From Opitutales bacterium (GTDB lineage: Bacteria > Verrucomicrobiota > Verrucomicrobiia > Opitutales > JABSRG01), in contig JBMYOQ010000062.1 in assembly GCA_049599475.1 (NCBI GenBank), forward strand, positions 1-25,523: 25,523 bases of DNA. Reading direction: 5' to 3'. A model generated the notes under the pieces. It had not been told where the DNA came from and made no database searches. It saw only the letters and a list, made by a program, of their open reading frames with translations. The translations under genes were made by a program, and so were the position numbers. How positions within the stretch are numbered: position 1 is the first letter of the stretch; every line of letters starts with the position of its first letter. Shown here piece by piece: positions 9,401-17,071 of this stretch.

Positions 9401-10267
9401 TCCGCAGTCTCCAATCCGCGTGTTGATTTTATGGATACGGGTGTCGATCTGGCTACGGCCCAAGCGGAACTCTTGAATCCTTTGACTTCAGCGAAACACC
9501 TCGGTGTAAAAGGGGCGTTCAATGTCAATTCGACATCCGTCCGCGCATGGCAAGCTTTTCTCGGGGGATACCGCGATATGGCTATTCAGTATTACGATGC
9601 TGCCAATACGGCTTTTTCGACGGATACATCCTTGCCGGGTCCCGCCTTTCTGCGCCACTCCATGCCAGGTGGCGCTAGTGGCACGAGCTCCACGAGTATT
9701 AATGATGCGACGTCTTGGACAGGGTTTATGCGGCTGACTGATGCCGAGCTGCTCGCGTTGGCCGAGTCCATTGTTTCCCAGATCAAAGCGCGTGGGGTGT
9801 CGCGGGGAACGAGCCAAGCCCCAGTGCCGGCTATGGGGCTCGCAGATTTTGTGAACCGGATGCCGTTTAACTCTGGCTTTGAGGAGGCTGGCACACTGCA
9901 GGCCGCGATTGATGCAAGCGCGATAAATGACACACGCTTCTCGTCGAATACTGCCTTTGATACGGCAGTCTATAATGGGAATCGCAGTAAATTTGACGAC
10001 GCAAGCTTCGAGCTAAATGCTGCGAGTGTCGCACCTATTTCGCTCAACCAAGGCGACATCTTGCAGGCGATCGGCGGTGCCATCTCTGCGCGATCCGATA
10101 CTTTCCGCATTCGTGCTTACGGGGAGACTACAGACAGCTCTGGCAACTTTGCGCAGAGCTGGTGTGAAGCCATTGTGCAGCGAAGCACCGAACTCACCGA
10201 TGCAGGAACCTACGACCGGCGGTTCAAAATCGTGTCTCTGCGCTGGCTAAACCCAGATGAAGTATAG
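6440..10267 (+). CDS. Large PilX/GspK-like minor pilin-type protein of Verrucomicrobia (Verru_Chthon cassette protein A-like)
   Basis: Class III signal REG|FALIVAILLV lacking Glu+5. Family-typical segments ALGELQVAAGPDQRITAT, YAWWVGDEGSKA, GGLKRDLS, NEALWDGYFFSS and GAFNVNSTSVRAW, and C-terminal QGDILQ...ARSDTFRIRAYGE...WCEAIVQR...RRFKIVSLRWL. Confidence 0.8.
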   Translation: MTLISFEKPLLERDREGFALIVAILLVSFFLVLVLTITSLVRTETQSSSYQNHEIAAQRNAMLALREALGELQVAAGPDQRITATGGLWDIPATGTENLVGVWSTEDLDNNGEPDGTFQRWLVSRVNYEDAEMENLPTLAQPIAFAGQNYNSTDPVNYAVLVGSGSVMSDPSRPNSFPGVVGELKSLPASKQNAGGKYAWWVGDEGSKARFDMLDPFAFQEVPGYEASAWQNANLRTGLASQSMHGSSLSALTGFSGLDLVNVSARSAQLAKSTSMGQLSLVEFDPDSTLRSEEVRRHFHDITADSMGIQTNARAGGLKRDLSLLFELPDAVFDSSSSAFMQALSDENLVYTNAPGAKSTLPLIFKEPIRGAVNGDIYGPTWDMLRDYYRLYKGVAGSATSDPLLPSEWGHTYAPGKAWFTDQGGAANDQEGWLRSLALMNWRNIGGVDPYETSTRYQRVAPTAFKELQGVTEFGTVRATKGAYLPVLSRFTILYSTVAIPDGSGGYDMDVVVQPFIAMHNPYNVSVEAPNMRVMQELEKFEIAVRRDDGGVTWDGSIPFKTGEVSASDPKFLGNVYKWSASTNTESRKLSVSNIFEVTSGDNEPRFSSKYGRELTYSLGAHTYAPGEVKLFAASGSTSFSSREVTLDEFGGSYDPNNGVYLGLPGYSFWVHPDGNSATAREKLLQEIAGDEDIMLQITHGSYMRIAYEVYNAAHGNFDTAGSFIHATDKMSGDNVVQRTLPQLQGEAEADYIESLDAADNFSAGPVPHLVIDSFLKPLDYVERIGQADTMSQQERTFPNFIISNPLAASFSHTATVEKDGNGFGAMIHTAGFRVPVSTGPTLSQDLYDGDKGSWGSNTGRFGQKNAVVLEIPRAPLHSLGQLQHASVNPSPYYPALSIGQSFRSPFLSASDEIYHSFTDGKYSSGQPFVFYDQNFLLNEALWDGYFFSSIAPQPDDASYSAVSPSSSFDPFTNDLPDVVDQLIVGESAVSNPRVDFMDTGVDLATAQAELLNPLTSAKHLGVKGAFNVNSTSVRAWQAFLGGYRDMAIQYYDAANTAFSTDTSLPGPAFLRHSMPGGASGTSSTSINDATSWTGFMRLTDAELLALAESIVSQIKARGVSRGTSQAPVPAMGLADFVNRMPFNSGFEEAGTLQAAIDASAINDTRFSSNTAFDTAVYNGNRSKFDDASFELNAASVAPISLNQGDILQAIGGAISARSDTFRIRAYGETTDSSGNFAQSWCEAIVQRSTELTDAGTYDRRFKIVSLRWLNPDEV

Positions 10268-10344
10268 AAAGGATGATGGAATGTTGAGAATTTTATTACG
10301 TAAAATTTTCGGGATTGGCGCTATTCTGAGGCTGTCTCAAAAGT

Positions 10345-10441
10345 GGTGTCGCCGTATCACCGTTTCCGGCATGAGCGCTTTAGCTCAGACGACAATCACG
10401 GCTAAAGTCGAGTCATGCTCGCTTGGCGAGCGAACGCTACC
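10345..10441 (-). repeat. Degenerate copy of the REPIN-like element, in reverse orientation
   Basis: The minus strand reads GGTAGCG-TTCGCTCGCCAAGCGAGC-ATGACTCGACTTTAGCC (cf. ACGACTCGGCTTTAGCC at 22089). The other end reads GGTGTCGCCGTATCACCGTTTCCGGCATGAGCGCTTTAGC (cf. 2815 and the reverse complement of 22127..22140). Confidence 0.75.
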
Positions 10442-10463
10442 AAATAAGAGATATATCCGAATT

Positions 10464-11183
10464 TTGAGACATCCATTCCTCAGTGTCCTCATCCTACTCA
10501 CCGCGGTCCCATTCGCGATCGTGCAGGCTCAGCCATCGTCCAAATTGCATGCGTTTCGCGCGATCAGTATGGAAGGGGCGATCAGTGAACTGGCATTGAT
10601 CTCAGACGGAGAGCTGATCGATTGTAAAATACCGTCACATCGTCGCTCCAAGGCGATTGTTGCTCAGGGCGAGGAAACCTTGCGCTTTGTGCTTAGTGGA
10701 ACGGTAATTCCGGAGGGTGGGGTGGATGCGATCCCAGTCGTGGTCGAAGCTCCCATTGCCGAACAGTTTTCGCGTCCGCTCTATGTGTTTTATCCAAGGG
10801 GCGATGCTTACGGCGTATTCGCTGTTGAAGATAGTTTGAATAAAATCGGCGGCGGTATGGGCATGTTCGTCAATTTGTCCCCGTACCCCATGGTTCTTCT
10901 GCTCGGTGCAGAAGCGAAAGATCAAGTGAACCTCGATCCTCGTGAAACACGTATTCATGAATTTGGTGAGGGCAGCCTTAACGTGCGCTTGCGCATTGCC
11001 ACCCTGTCCAATGATGAAGCAAAGAAGGGTATGGATACACGCGTGTTTCCGGCGTCTACGCACCGTGACATCTATTTTATCTATCCCGCAGTAGAGGGAG
11101 AGGATGGCATGGTGCGCATGCGACTGTTGCGTGAACACGTGAATGCCGCGCAGCGTGCTTTCGCTGTAAAATCTAATATTTGA
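10464..11183 (+). CDS. Secreted beta-rich hypothetical protein, partner of the PilX-like gene
   Basis: A TTG start at 10464 gives a clean signal peptide (MRHPFLSVLILLTAVPFAIVQA). The upstream extension in the ORF track runs through a repeat element. The FVNLSPYP motif and alternating strands suggest beta-sandwich domains. Confidence 0.7.
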   Translation: MRHPFLSVLILLTAVPFAIVQAQPSSKLHAFRAISMEGAISELALISDGELIDCKIPSHRRSKAIVAQGEETLRFVLSGTVIPEGGVDAIPVVVEAPIAEQFSRPLYVFYPRGDAYGVFAVEDSLNKIGGGMGMFVNLSPYPMVLLLGAEAKDQVNLDPRETRIHEFGEGSLNVRLRIATLSNDEAKKGMDTRVFPASTHRDIYFIYPAVEGEDGMVRMRLLREHVNAAQRAFAVKSNI

Positions 11184-11258
11184 TAGAATATGAAACAAAA
11201 AGTAAGTAAAATTGCCATTTTGCTTGCGAAATTTGGTCACATAGGCTTAAGTTTCAAT

Positions 11259-12455
11259 ATGTTCCCCTCGTTCCTCCCCCTAAGATACTTGGGGCTGGCC
11301 TGTGCTTTAGTGCTCGCCCCCTTTGTCTCCCAAGCCGATGCAGTAAACCCTGTTCCCGCGATACCCAACATGATCGTGGGTACGCAGGCAATCGGCGGTC
11401 CCTATCAGTTTACGGATGAGAATTACCTCGTGGAAGCATCCCGTGAAATCAAGGCGATGGGCTCAAATCTTATCAAATTTGCGTTCAATCCCCGTCGCTA
11501 CACCGGAAAGCCTTATAATATGGATGAGATCCCGGGTATTGATTCCATGAAAGACCTCATGGAGAAGCACCCGGATTACCAAGAAGTGATGAATATGGGT
11601 TTCCGTTTCTACCATATGTGGGCGAATCCATATGCGATGCCGCGCTGGCAAGATGGTATCGATGCTTACGAGGAAGAAGCGCTCTACGACGAGTTTGTTG
11701 AGTTCACGACGTATTTGATGGAAAAATACAAAGGCACCGGTAAGGTGTTCTTCTTGGGCCATTGGGAAGGCGATTGGCTTCTCAAGGGCAAGACGGATCC
11801 CACGATAGATCCTACTCCAGAGCGCATTCGCGGATTTGCGCAATATTTGAATATCCGCCAACGCGCTATCGAAGATGTCCGTTCCGAACGCGTGGGCACT
11901 GGGGTCCAGGTGTATCATTACACAGAAGTCAACCAAGTGCGCAAGGGCATCGATGGATCGCGCCCCACCTTGGCAAATTCAGTCTTGCCGCTGGTCGACG
12001 TCGATTTCGTCTCTTACTCCAGTTACGATACTATTTATCGAAAGAAGAATCTGCGCGAGGAGCTGTTCAACGCTTTGAATCACATCGAAAGCAACATGAA
12101 GCCACGCTCGGACATCCAAGGAAAGCGCGTCTTTATCGGAGAATTCGCCGTAAAAGCTTTGAATGTGAAACACGACGAGGCCGAGCACGACCGTCGCAAC
12201 CGCGAGATCATCAAGGCTGCGCTAGAGTGGGGCTGCCCCTTTATTTTGTATTGGGAAATGTATTGTAACGAAAACTCCAGAGGGCATCACGAAGGCTTTT
12301 GGCTCATCGATGAGCACCAACACAAGGTGCAGCTCTATCATACGTTCAAAGACTACTACGCTAACCTGAAGCAATACATGCGCGATGTGCACGCTGAGAC
12401 CGGAAGTCTGCCTGATAGCGAGGCGATCCGCGCGTTTTCCATCACTCAGTTTTAA
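11259..12455 (+). CDS. Secreted putative glycoside hydrolase (clan GH-A-like TIM barrel, family unassigned)
   Basis: Signal peptide ending VSQA. Barrel-like pattern AMGSNLIKF, FFLGHWEGDW (candidate acid/base Glu), DFVSYSSY, VFIGEFA (candidate nucleophile) and ILYWE. Full-length paralog of 53..1126. Alternative start at 11190. Confidence 0.72.
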   Translation: MFPSFLPLRYLGLACALVLAPFVSQADAVNPVPAIPNMIVGTQAIGGPYQFTDENYLVEASREIKAMGSNLIKFAFNPRRYTGKPYNMDEIPGIDSMKDLMEKHPDYQEVMNMGFRFYHMWANPYAMPRWQDGIDAYEEEALYDEFVEFTTYLMEKYKGTGKVFFLGHWEGDWLLKGKTDPTIDPTPERIRGFAQYLNIRQRAIEDVRSERVGTGVQVYHYTEVNQVRKGIDGSRPTLANSVLPLVDVDFVSYSSYDTIYRKKNLREELFNALNHIESNMKPRSDIQGKRVFIGEFAVKALNVKHDEAEHDRRNREIIKAALEWGCPFILYWEMYCNENSRGHHEGFWLIDEHQHKVQLYHTFKDYYANLKQYMRDVHAETGSLPDSEAIRAFSITQF

Positions 12456-12477
12456 TCTCTATAACCCCATATTCTCC

Positions 12478-13260
12478 ATGAAAAAGTCATTCGCCATTTC
12501 TGCTCTCGTGGCATTTTCAACGCTGAGCCTCAGTGCCGATGTTAAACTATACGACGGGTTCAAGTCGTCCCGTGAGCGTGCAGGATTCGTGGGGCCTTGG
12601 CGTGTGTCTAAGGGCTCGGTAGAATTGACGCGTTCGGATCTGTCACTCTCAGGCGTAGATTCAGAAAAAGGCACTCTAGAGCTGAGCCAAGACGCAATCA
12701 GCGTATCGGTGATTCAAGGATTGCAGGCGGAAAAGGTATACGGAAGTTTCCGAGTAAAGGCCGGCGCGTTCACCAAAGGAGCGATGATTGGTATGTCTCT
12801 CGCAGAGCAGACTATCGAAGAGGTCCGTCCAGATGCATCCCGTGTTTCATTTCAAATCAAAGCGTACGGTTCGCCGCTGGGGGCTACGACCACGCGTGGG
12901 AAGAAGAAAGAGGTGAAAGAGGGAGCGGGCATTTCTGCTGGCGAGCCGAGCTTGGTATTGTTCGAAATTCATAACGCTTCAGCGGGGCAGGGCACTGTTA
13001 CCATGTGGGTGCTGAACGCAGAGCAGGCTAAGGCCCATGCGCGCTCAGGATTCGATATCGATACTTTGAATACAGCAGGCCTCGGTGCAGGCTTAAGCCA
13101 GGTTTCTCAACGGGCGCAACAGCCTTTGGGGCCGACTAATCCTAGCCTTACTGAACAAGGATTGATGCTGTGCCTGTTCAATCGCTTTAACAACAACCCC
13201 GTAGAGTTCGACGAAATCCGTTTCAGCGATTCGAGCTTGGCCGACGCCGCGGGCCAGTAG
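12478..13260 (+). CDS. Secreted hypothetical protein, probable ConA-like beta-jelly-roll
   Basis: Signal peptide MKKSFAISALVAFSTLSLSA (start moved to ATG 12478), then LYDGF at the N-terminus, VTMWV, and C-terminal VEFDEIRF. Confidence 0.7.
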   Translation: MKKSFAISALVAFSTLSLSADVKLYDGFKSSRERAGFVGPWRVSKGSVELTRSDLSLSGVDSEKGTLELSQDAISVSVIQGLQAEKVYGSFRVKAGAFTKGAMIGMSLAEQTIEEVRPDASRVSFQIKAYGSPLGATTTRGKKKEVKEGAGISAGEPSLVLFEIHNASAGQGTVTMWVLNAEQAKAHARSGFDIDTLNTAGLGAGLSQVSQRAQQPLGPTNPSLTEQGLMLCLFNRFNNNPVEFDEIRFSDSSLADAAGQ

Positions 13261-13286
13261 GCTTCACCGATACTTTTTTTGAATTT

Positions 13287-15377
13287 ATGAAAAACAAACC
13301 CCTCTTGACTTGTATGGCTTCCATGAGGACGCGTGCATTGGCTGCAACACTGGCTATTATCGGAATCGCCCAGACCGCCGCTGCAGAAACAGAGCGCCCT
13401 GATGTGCTCTTTGTCCTTCTCGATGACTTGCGCTACGATGCCATGTCCTTTCTCGATCACCCATACATTGAGACGCCCAATATTGATAAACTCCGGGCCC
13501 AGGGCGCGCATATGGCGAATGCCTTTGTCACGACTTCAATTTGCTGCCCTTCACGCGCGACCTTCCTGACAGGCACGTATGCGAGCCGCCACGGCGTGAT
13601 CGATAATGAGACATCCGAGTATGTCCCAGAAGTGACACCTCCCGTGAGCAAATATCTCCAAGATGTTGGATACAAAACAGCCATGATTGGTAAATGGCAC
13701 ATGGGCTATTCTGGTCGTCCGCGTGCGCACTTTGACGAGTGGTTGAGTTTCGATGGTCAGGGCAAATACAACGACCCTGTTTTTATCTACACCGATGGCT
13801 CTCAGGAGAAGGTAAAGGGCTATACCACCGATCTTCTCACGGACCGGGCAATCGATTTCATTAACCGCCAAGATAAGGATCAGCCGTATTTCTTGATGCT
13901 CTCGCACAAGGCCGTGCACGAGCCCTTCCGCCCAGCGCCACGTCACAAGACTGCCTTTGGCGCAGCGACTCGTGATCCACAGCCAGAGAGCTGGGAATCT
14001 ACTTTTGAAGGCAAGCCCGACTGGATGCGCCGTCAGCGTACACGCGACGTCCGCTGGGACATGCGCACCCGTGATCTCGAAGAGGAGCAGCTTCCCGATA
14101 TGATCGCCCTCGAGCCGTGGAAAGATCGTAAGAAATACGTGGATCAATTGCGCTGTGCAGCGTCGGTCGACGACGGTATTGGTCGCATTATGAAGGTCCT
14201 CGAAGAGCGCGGAACGCTTGATAATACCCTCATCGTTTTCACCAGTGATAATGGCTACTTCCACATGGAGCACCGCCGCTGGGACAAGCGTCTGGCCTAC
14301 GAGGAAAGCCTGCGCATTCCCATGCTGGTCGTTTACCCCGGAAAGATCCCTGCCGGCAGCACCATCACCGACATGGTGGCCAATGTAGACTTCGCTCCGA
14401 CCGTCCTCAGCTATGCGGGAATCGATATGCCCGAGCAAATGCAAGGGCGTAGCATGAAGCCGCTGTTTGAAGGCGACAACAGCAACTGGCGCGATACCAT
14501 CTTCTACGAATACTGGACTGATCTCGTTCACGCGATTCCGACTATGAAAGCGGTGCGTAGTGAGCGCTATAAGCTCATTCAGTTTCCCGGAATTGACGAC
14601 ATCGATGAGCTTTACGATCTCGAGAAAGATCCCCACGAGATGAACAACCTCGCTGCGGATCCCGAGTATGCCGCGATCCACCGTAAGATGGAGGCAAAGA
14701 TGCAACGCGAAGCGGAGCGAGTCGGGTGGAATATCGATATCTTCCCGCACAATCTCGACCGCGTAAATGGTCCTGAAGGCATCCTCATGAACCTGCAGGC
14801 GAGCAGCGGAAAAGTCGTCGACACGGTAAATTCAAACCGCTCAATCGCAGCCGGGCAGGTAGTCGTGAAGGATGGCCTCATGCACTTCAACGGCGCCAGT
14901 AGCCTCGTCAAAATGCCCTTCGACCCCAAGATGGACCCATCCGGCTGGCCTTACCGCATAAGCGTAAATGTTAATGCCGAACAAGACGGTGTTATCGCCA
15001 CGCAGTCCTCACCCGGATATGGATTCAAGATCTTTATCCAAGACGGGCGCCCAGGAGTCTCAGTCATCTGCAAAACATGGATCGCCAACCGCACGACCAT
15101 CGACGGCCCCGATTCTGTTTTAGGAAAATGGACGGACCTCCAAGCCGAGATCGACTACAACAAACTCCGCTTCTGGGTAGATGGCGAGCTGGTAAACAGT
15201 ATGGATTTGCCCCTCCCATTTAAGGCCAAAACCAAGTCGCCGCTCATCATCGGCGCAGGTAGCCAAAACAAAGTCCACGCCAAGGTGCCCAACAACAATT
15301 TCGAAGGATCCATCCGCTCGGTCGTCGTAGAACGCGTAGCTCCAGAAGAAGCATCCGAGACCCTGGCAGATCTTTAA
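13287..15377 (+). CDS. Secreted S1 sulfatase (GlcNAc-6-sulfatase/S1_11-like) with a C-terminal LamG/ConA-like domain
   Basis: PDVLFVLLDDLR, CCPSR, GKWH, LSHKAVH and SDNGYFHMEHRRWDKRLAYEESLRIP. The C-terminal ~200 aa contain MHFNGA, FWVDGELV, PLIIGA and FEGSIRSV. Confidence 0.92.
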   Translation: MKNKPLLTCMASMRTRALAATLAIIGIAQTAAAETERPDVLFVLLDDLRYDAMSFLDHPYIETPNIDKLRAQGAHMANAFVTTSICCPSRATFLTGTYASRHGVIDNETSEYVPEVTPPVSKYLQDVGYKTAMIGKWHMGYSGRPRAHFDEWLSFDGQGKYNDPVFIYTDGSQEKVKGYTTDLLTDRAIDFINRQDKDQPYFLMLSHKAVHEPFRPAPRHKTAFGAATRDPQPESWESTFEGKPDWMRRQRTRDVRWDMRTRDLEEEQLPDMIALEPWKDRKKYVDQLRCAASVDDGIGRIMKVLEERGTLDNTLIVFTSDNGYFHMEHRRWDKRLAYEESLRIPMLVVYPGKIPAGSTITDMVANVDFAPTVLSYAGIDMPEQMQGRSMKPLFEGDNSNWRDTIFYEYWTDLVHAIPTMKAVRSERYKLIQFPGIDDIDELYDLEKDPHEMNNLAADPEYAAIHRKMEAKMQREAERVGWNIDIFPHNLDRVNGPEGILMNLQASSGKVVDTVNSNRSIAAGQVVVKDGLMHFNGASSLVKMPFDPKMDPSGWPYRISVNVNAEQDGVIATQSSPGYGFKIFIQDGRPGVSVICKTWIANRTTIDGPDSVLGKWTDLQAEIDYNKLRFWVDGELVNSMDLPLPFKAKTKSPLIIGAGSQNKVHAKVPNNNFEGSIRSVVVERVAPEEASETLADL

Positions 15378-15384
15378 AAAGAAA

Positions 15385-15448
15385 GGTAGCGGCGGATCAC
15401 CGAGCCGCCACGAGGCGCGTTAGCCTCAGTCATAAAAGCTAGCGCGCA
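15385..15448. repeat. Half copy of the REPIN-like element
   Basis: GGTAGC-GGCGGAT-CACCG-AGCCGCC-ACGAGGCGCGTTAGC has the same GTAG end, CACCG loop and GCGCGTTAGC arm as the other copies. Confidence 0.7.
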
Positions 15449-15492
15449 GCTCTAGTAAGCGTTCAACCGTCTTCAGTCATTGTTCTATACCC

Positions 15493-17070
15493 ATGAAAAT
15501 CCCTTCCTATTTTTCCATCCTCATCGGCCTTTGCTTCTTGGCTCCTGTAGCCCTCATGAAAGCCGAGAAGCCCAACGTCCTCTTCCTCACCATGGACGAT
15601 ATGAATTACGATTCTATCGAGGCCTATGGCTTAGAAATCGAAGGACTCACGCCGCACATGGACGGCTTGGCTGCGAAGGGAACACGTTTTGAATATGCTT
15701 ATATTCAGACGCCCAGTTGCTCGCCGTCGCGGAATGTGTTGCACACGGGGCATTATCCGCACAACAGCGGCATGCGCGGTTTTTACGGGGTTGATTTTCC
15801 GCAAGATACCTTACCCGAAGCTCTGCGTAAGAACGGCTATTATACGGGGATTATTTTGAAAGTGGAGGACTCCACGCCGACCAACAATGCAAAGCGCTAC
15901 TGGGACTACGTGAAGAACTACCCGAAAGACACCGCGCGCAGTGTGGTGAGCTTTCGTGAGTCGTTTTCCAAACTCATTGCGGGTGCCCAAGCCGAGGGAA
16001 AACCCTTCTACGCCAATGTGAATGTCAAAGATCCGCACCTACCATTCTATCGTGGAGAAAAGACCAAAGCTGGCTTCGATCAGACTCCGCCGAGCCGCCT
16101 GTTGGATGAGGGCGAGGTGACCATCCCCGGCTTCCTGCCGCAGCACGATGATTTCCGAGAAGAGGTGCGTGATTATTACAATACCGTTCGCCGCGGGGAC
16201 GATTGTGTGGGCGAGGTGCTTCAGGTTCTCGAGGAAAGTGGCCTGAAGGATAATACGCTGATTATCTTCCTGTCCGACCACGGCATGTCTTTCCCGTTTG
16301 CCAAGTCCAACCTCTATCCCAATGGCGTGCGTACGCCGTGGATCATGGTCTGGCCGGGTAAAATAGAGTCTGGTGTGGTGGATTCGAAAAACATGGTGTC
16401 GTCCATCGATTTGATGCCGACAGTGTTAGACGCCACGGGTACGCCTGCCCCCGGGCCACTAGCAGGAAAGTCGCTGTTACCACTGCTCGACGGGGAAACA
16501 CAGCCAGATCGCGATCACGTGTTCGTGGAGCATAACGAAGGGCCCAGCGCGGACCCGCGCCCCACGCGCGCCATCCATACCCAAAACTACGTGTATATCT
16601 TCAATGCTTGGGGCACAGGCGACTATCACGCCATTTTCGAATCCCGCTGGTGGCGCTCCTACGCGACCTTTGCGCAGCTCGCAAAACGCGGCCCCGAGAT
16701 GCCCAACGCAGCGGAACGTTTCGACTTTCTGATGTATCGCACGGTTGAAGAACTCTACGATGTACAGAAGGACCCGCACGCGCTCAACAATTTGATCGAC
16801 GATCCCAAATACGCAGAAGTCGCCGATGTATTGCGTGGAAAACTACAGACCTGGATGGAAGATACCCGCGACTACGCACTCGAAGGCTTTCTAGTGCGTG
16901 ATGATCTCGACCAACTCCGTGCCTTCATGGATAAGACGATCGCGGAATCTAAGGAACGCTCACTTCGTCTAGAATGGAAGCGCTGGCAGAAGAAATTCTA
17001 CGAAAACGGACGTCCCGAAGGTAAACTGACTGAGCTTGGCGAGGCAAATTTGGTCAACGTTTCACCCTAA
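15493..17070 (+). CDS. Secreted S1 sulfatase, SGSH/S1_8-like; paralog of 3201..4685
   Basis: PNVLFLTMDD, CSPSRNVLHTGHYP, SDHGMSFPFAKSNLY and EELYDVQKDPHALNNL. Confidence 0.92.
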   Translation: MKIPSYFSILIGLCFLAPVALMKAEKPNVLFLTMDDMNYDSIEAYGLEIEGLTPHMDGLAAKGTRFEYAYIQTPSCSPSRNVLHTGHYPHNSGMRGFYGVDFPQDTLPEALRKNGYYTGIILKVEDSTPTNNAKRYWDYVKNYPKDTARSVVSFRESFSKLIAGAQAEGKPFYANVNVKDPHLPFYRGEKTKAGFDQTPPSRLLDEGEVTIPGFLPQHDDFREEVRDYYNTVRRGDDCVGEVLQVLEESGLKDNTLIIFLSDHGMSFPFAKSNLYPNGVRTPWIMVWPGKIESGVVDSKNMVSSIDLMPTVLDATGTPAPGPLAGKSLLPLLDGETQPDRDHVFVEHNEGPSADPRPTRAIHTQNYVYIFNAWGTGDYHAIFESRWWRSYATFAQLAKRGPEMPNAAERFDFLMYRTVEELYDVQKDPHALNNLIDDPKYAEVADVLRGKLQTWMEDTRDYALEGFLVRDDLDQLRAFMDKTIAESKERSLRLEWKRWQKKFYENGRPEGKLTELGEANLVNVSP

Positions 17071-17071
17071 T

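Noticed and set aside
13551..14750. 399-aa antisense ORF, plus similar ones (5064..5831, 10635..11240, 20529..21137, 20993..21595)
   Set aside because: They overlap well-supported genes on the opposite strand and have no recognisable motifs; typical shadow ORFs.
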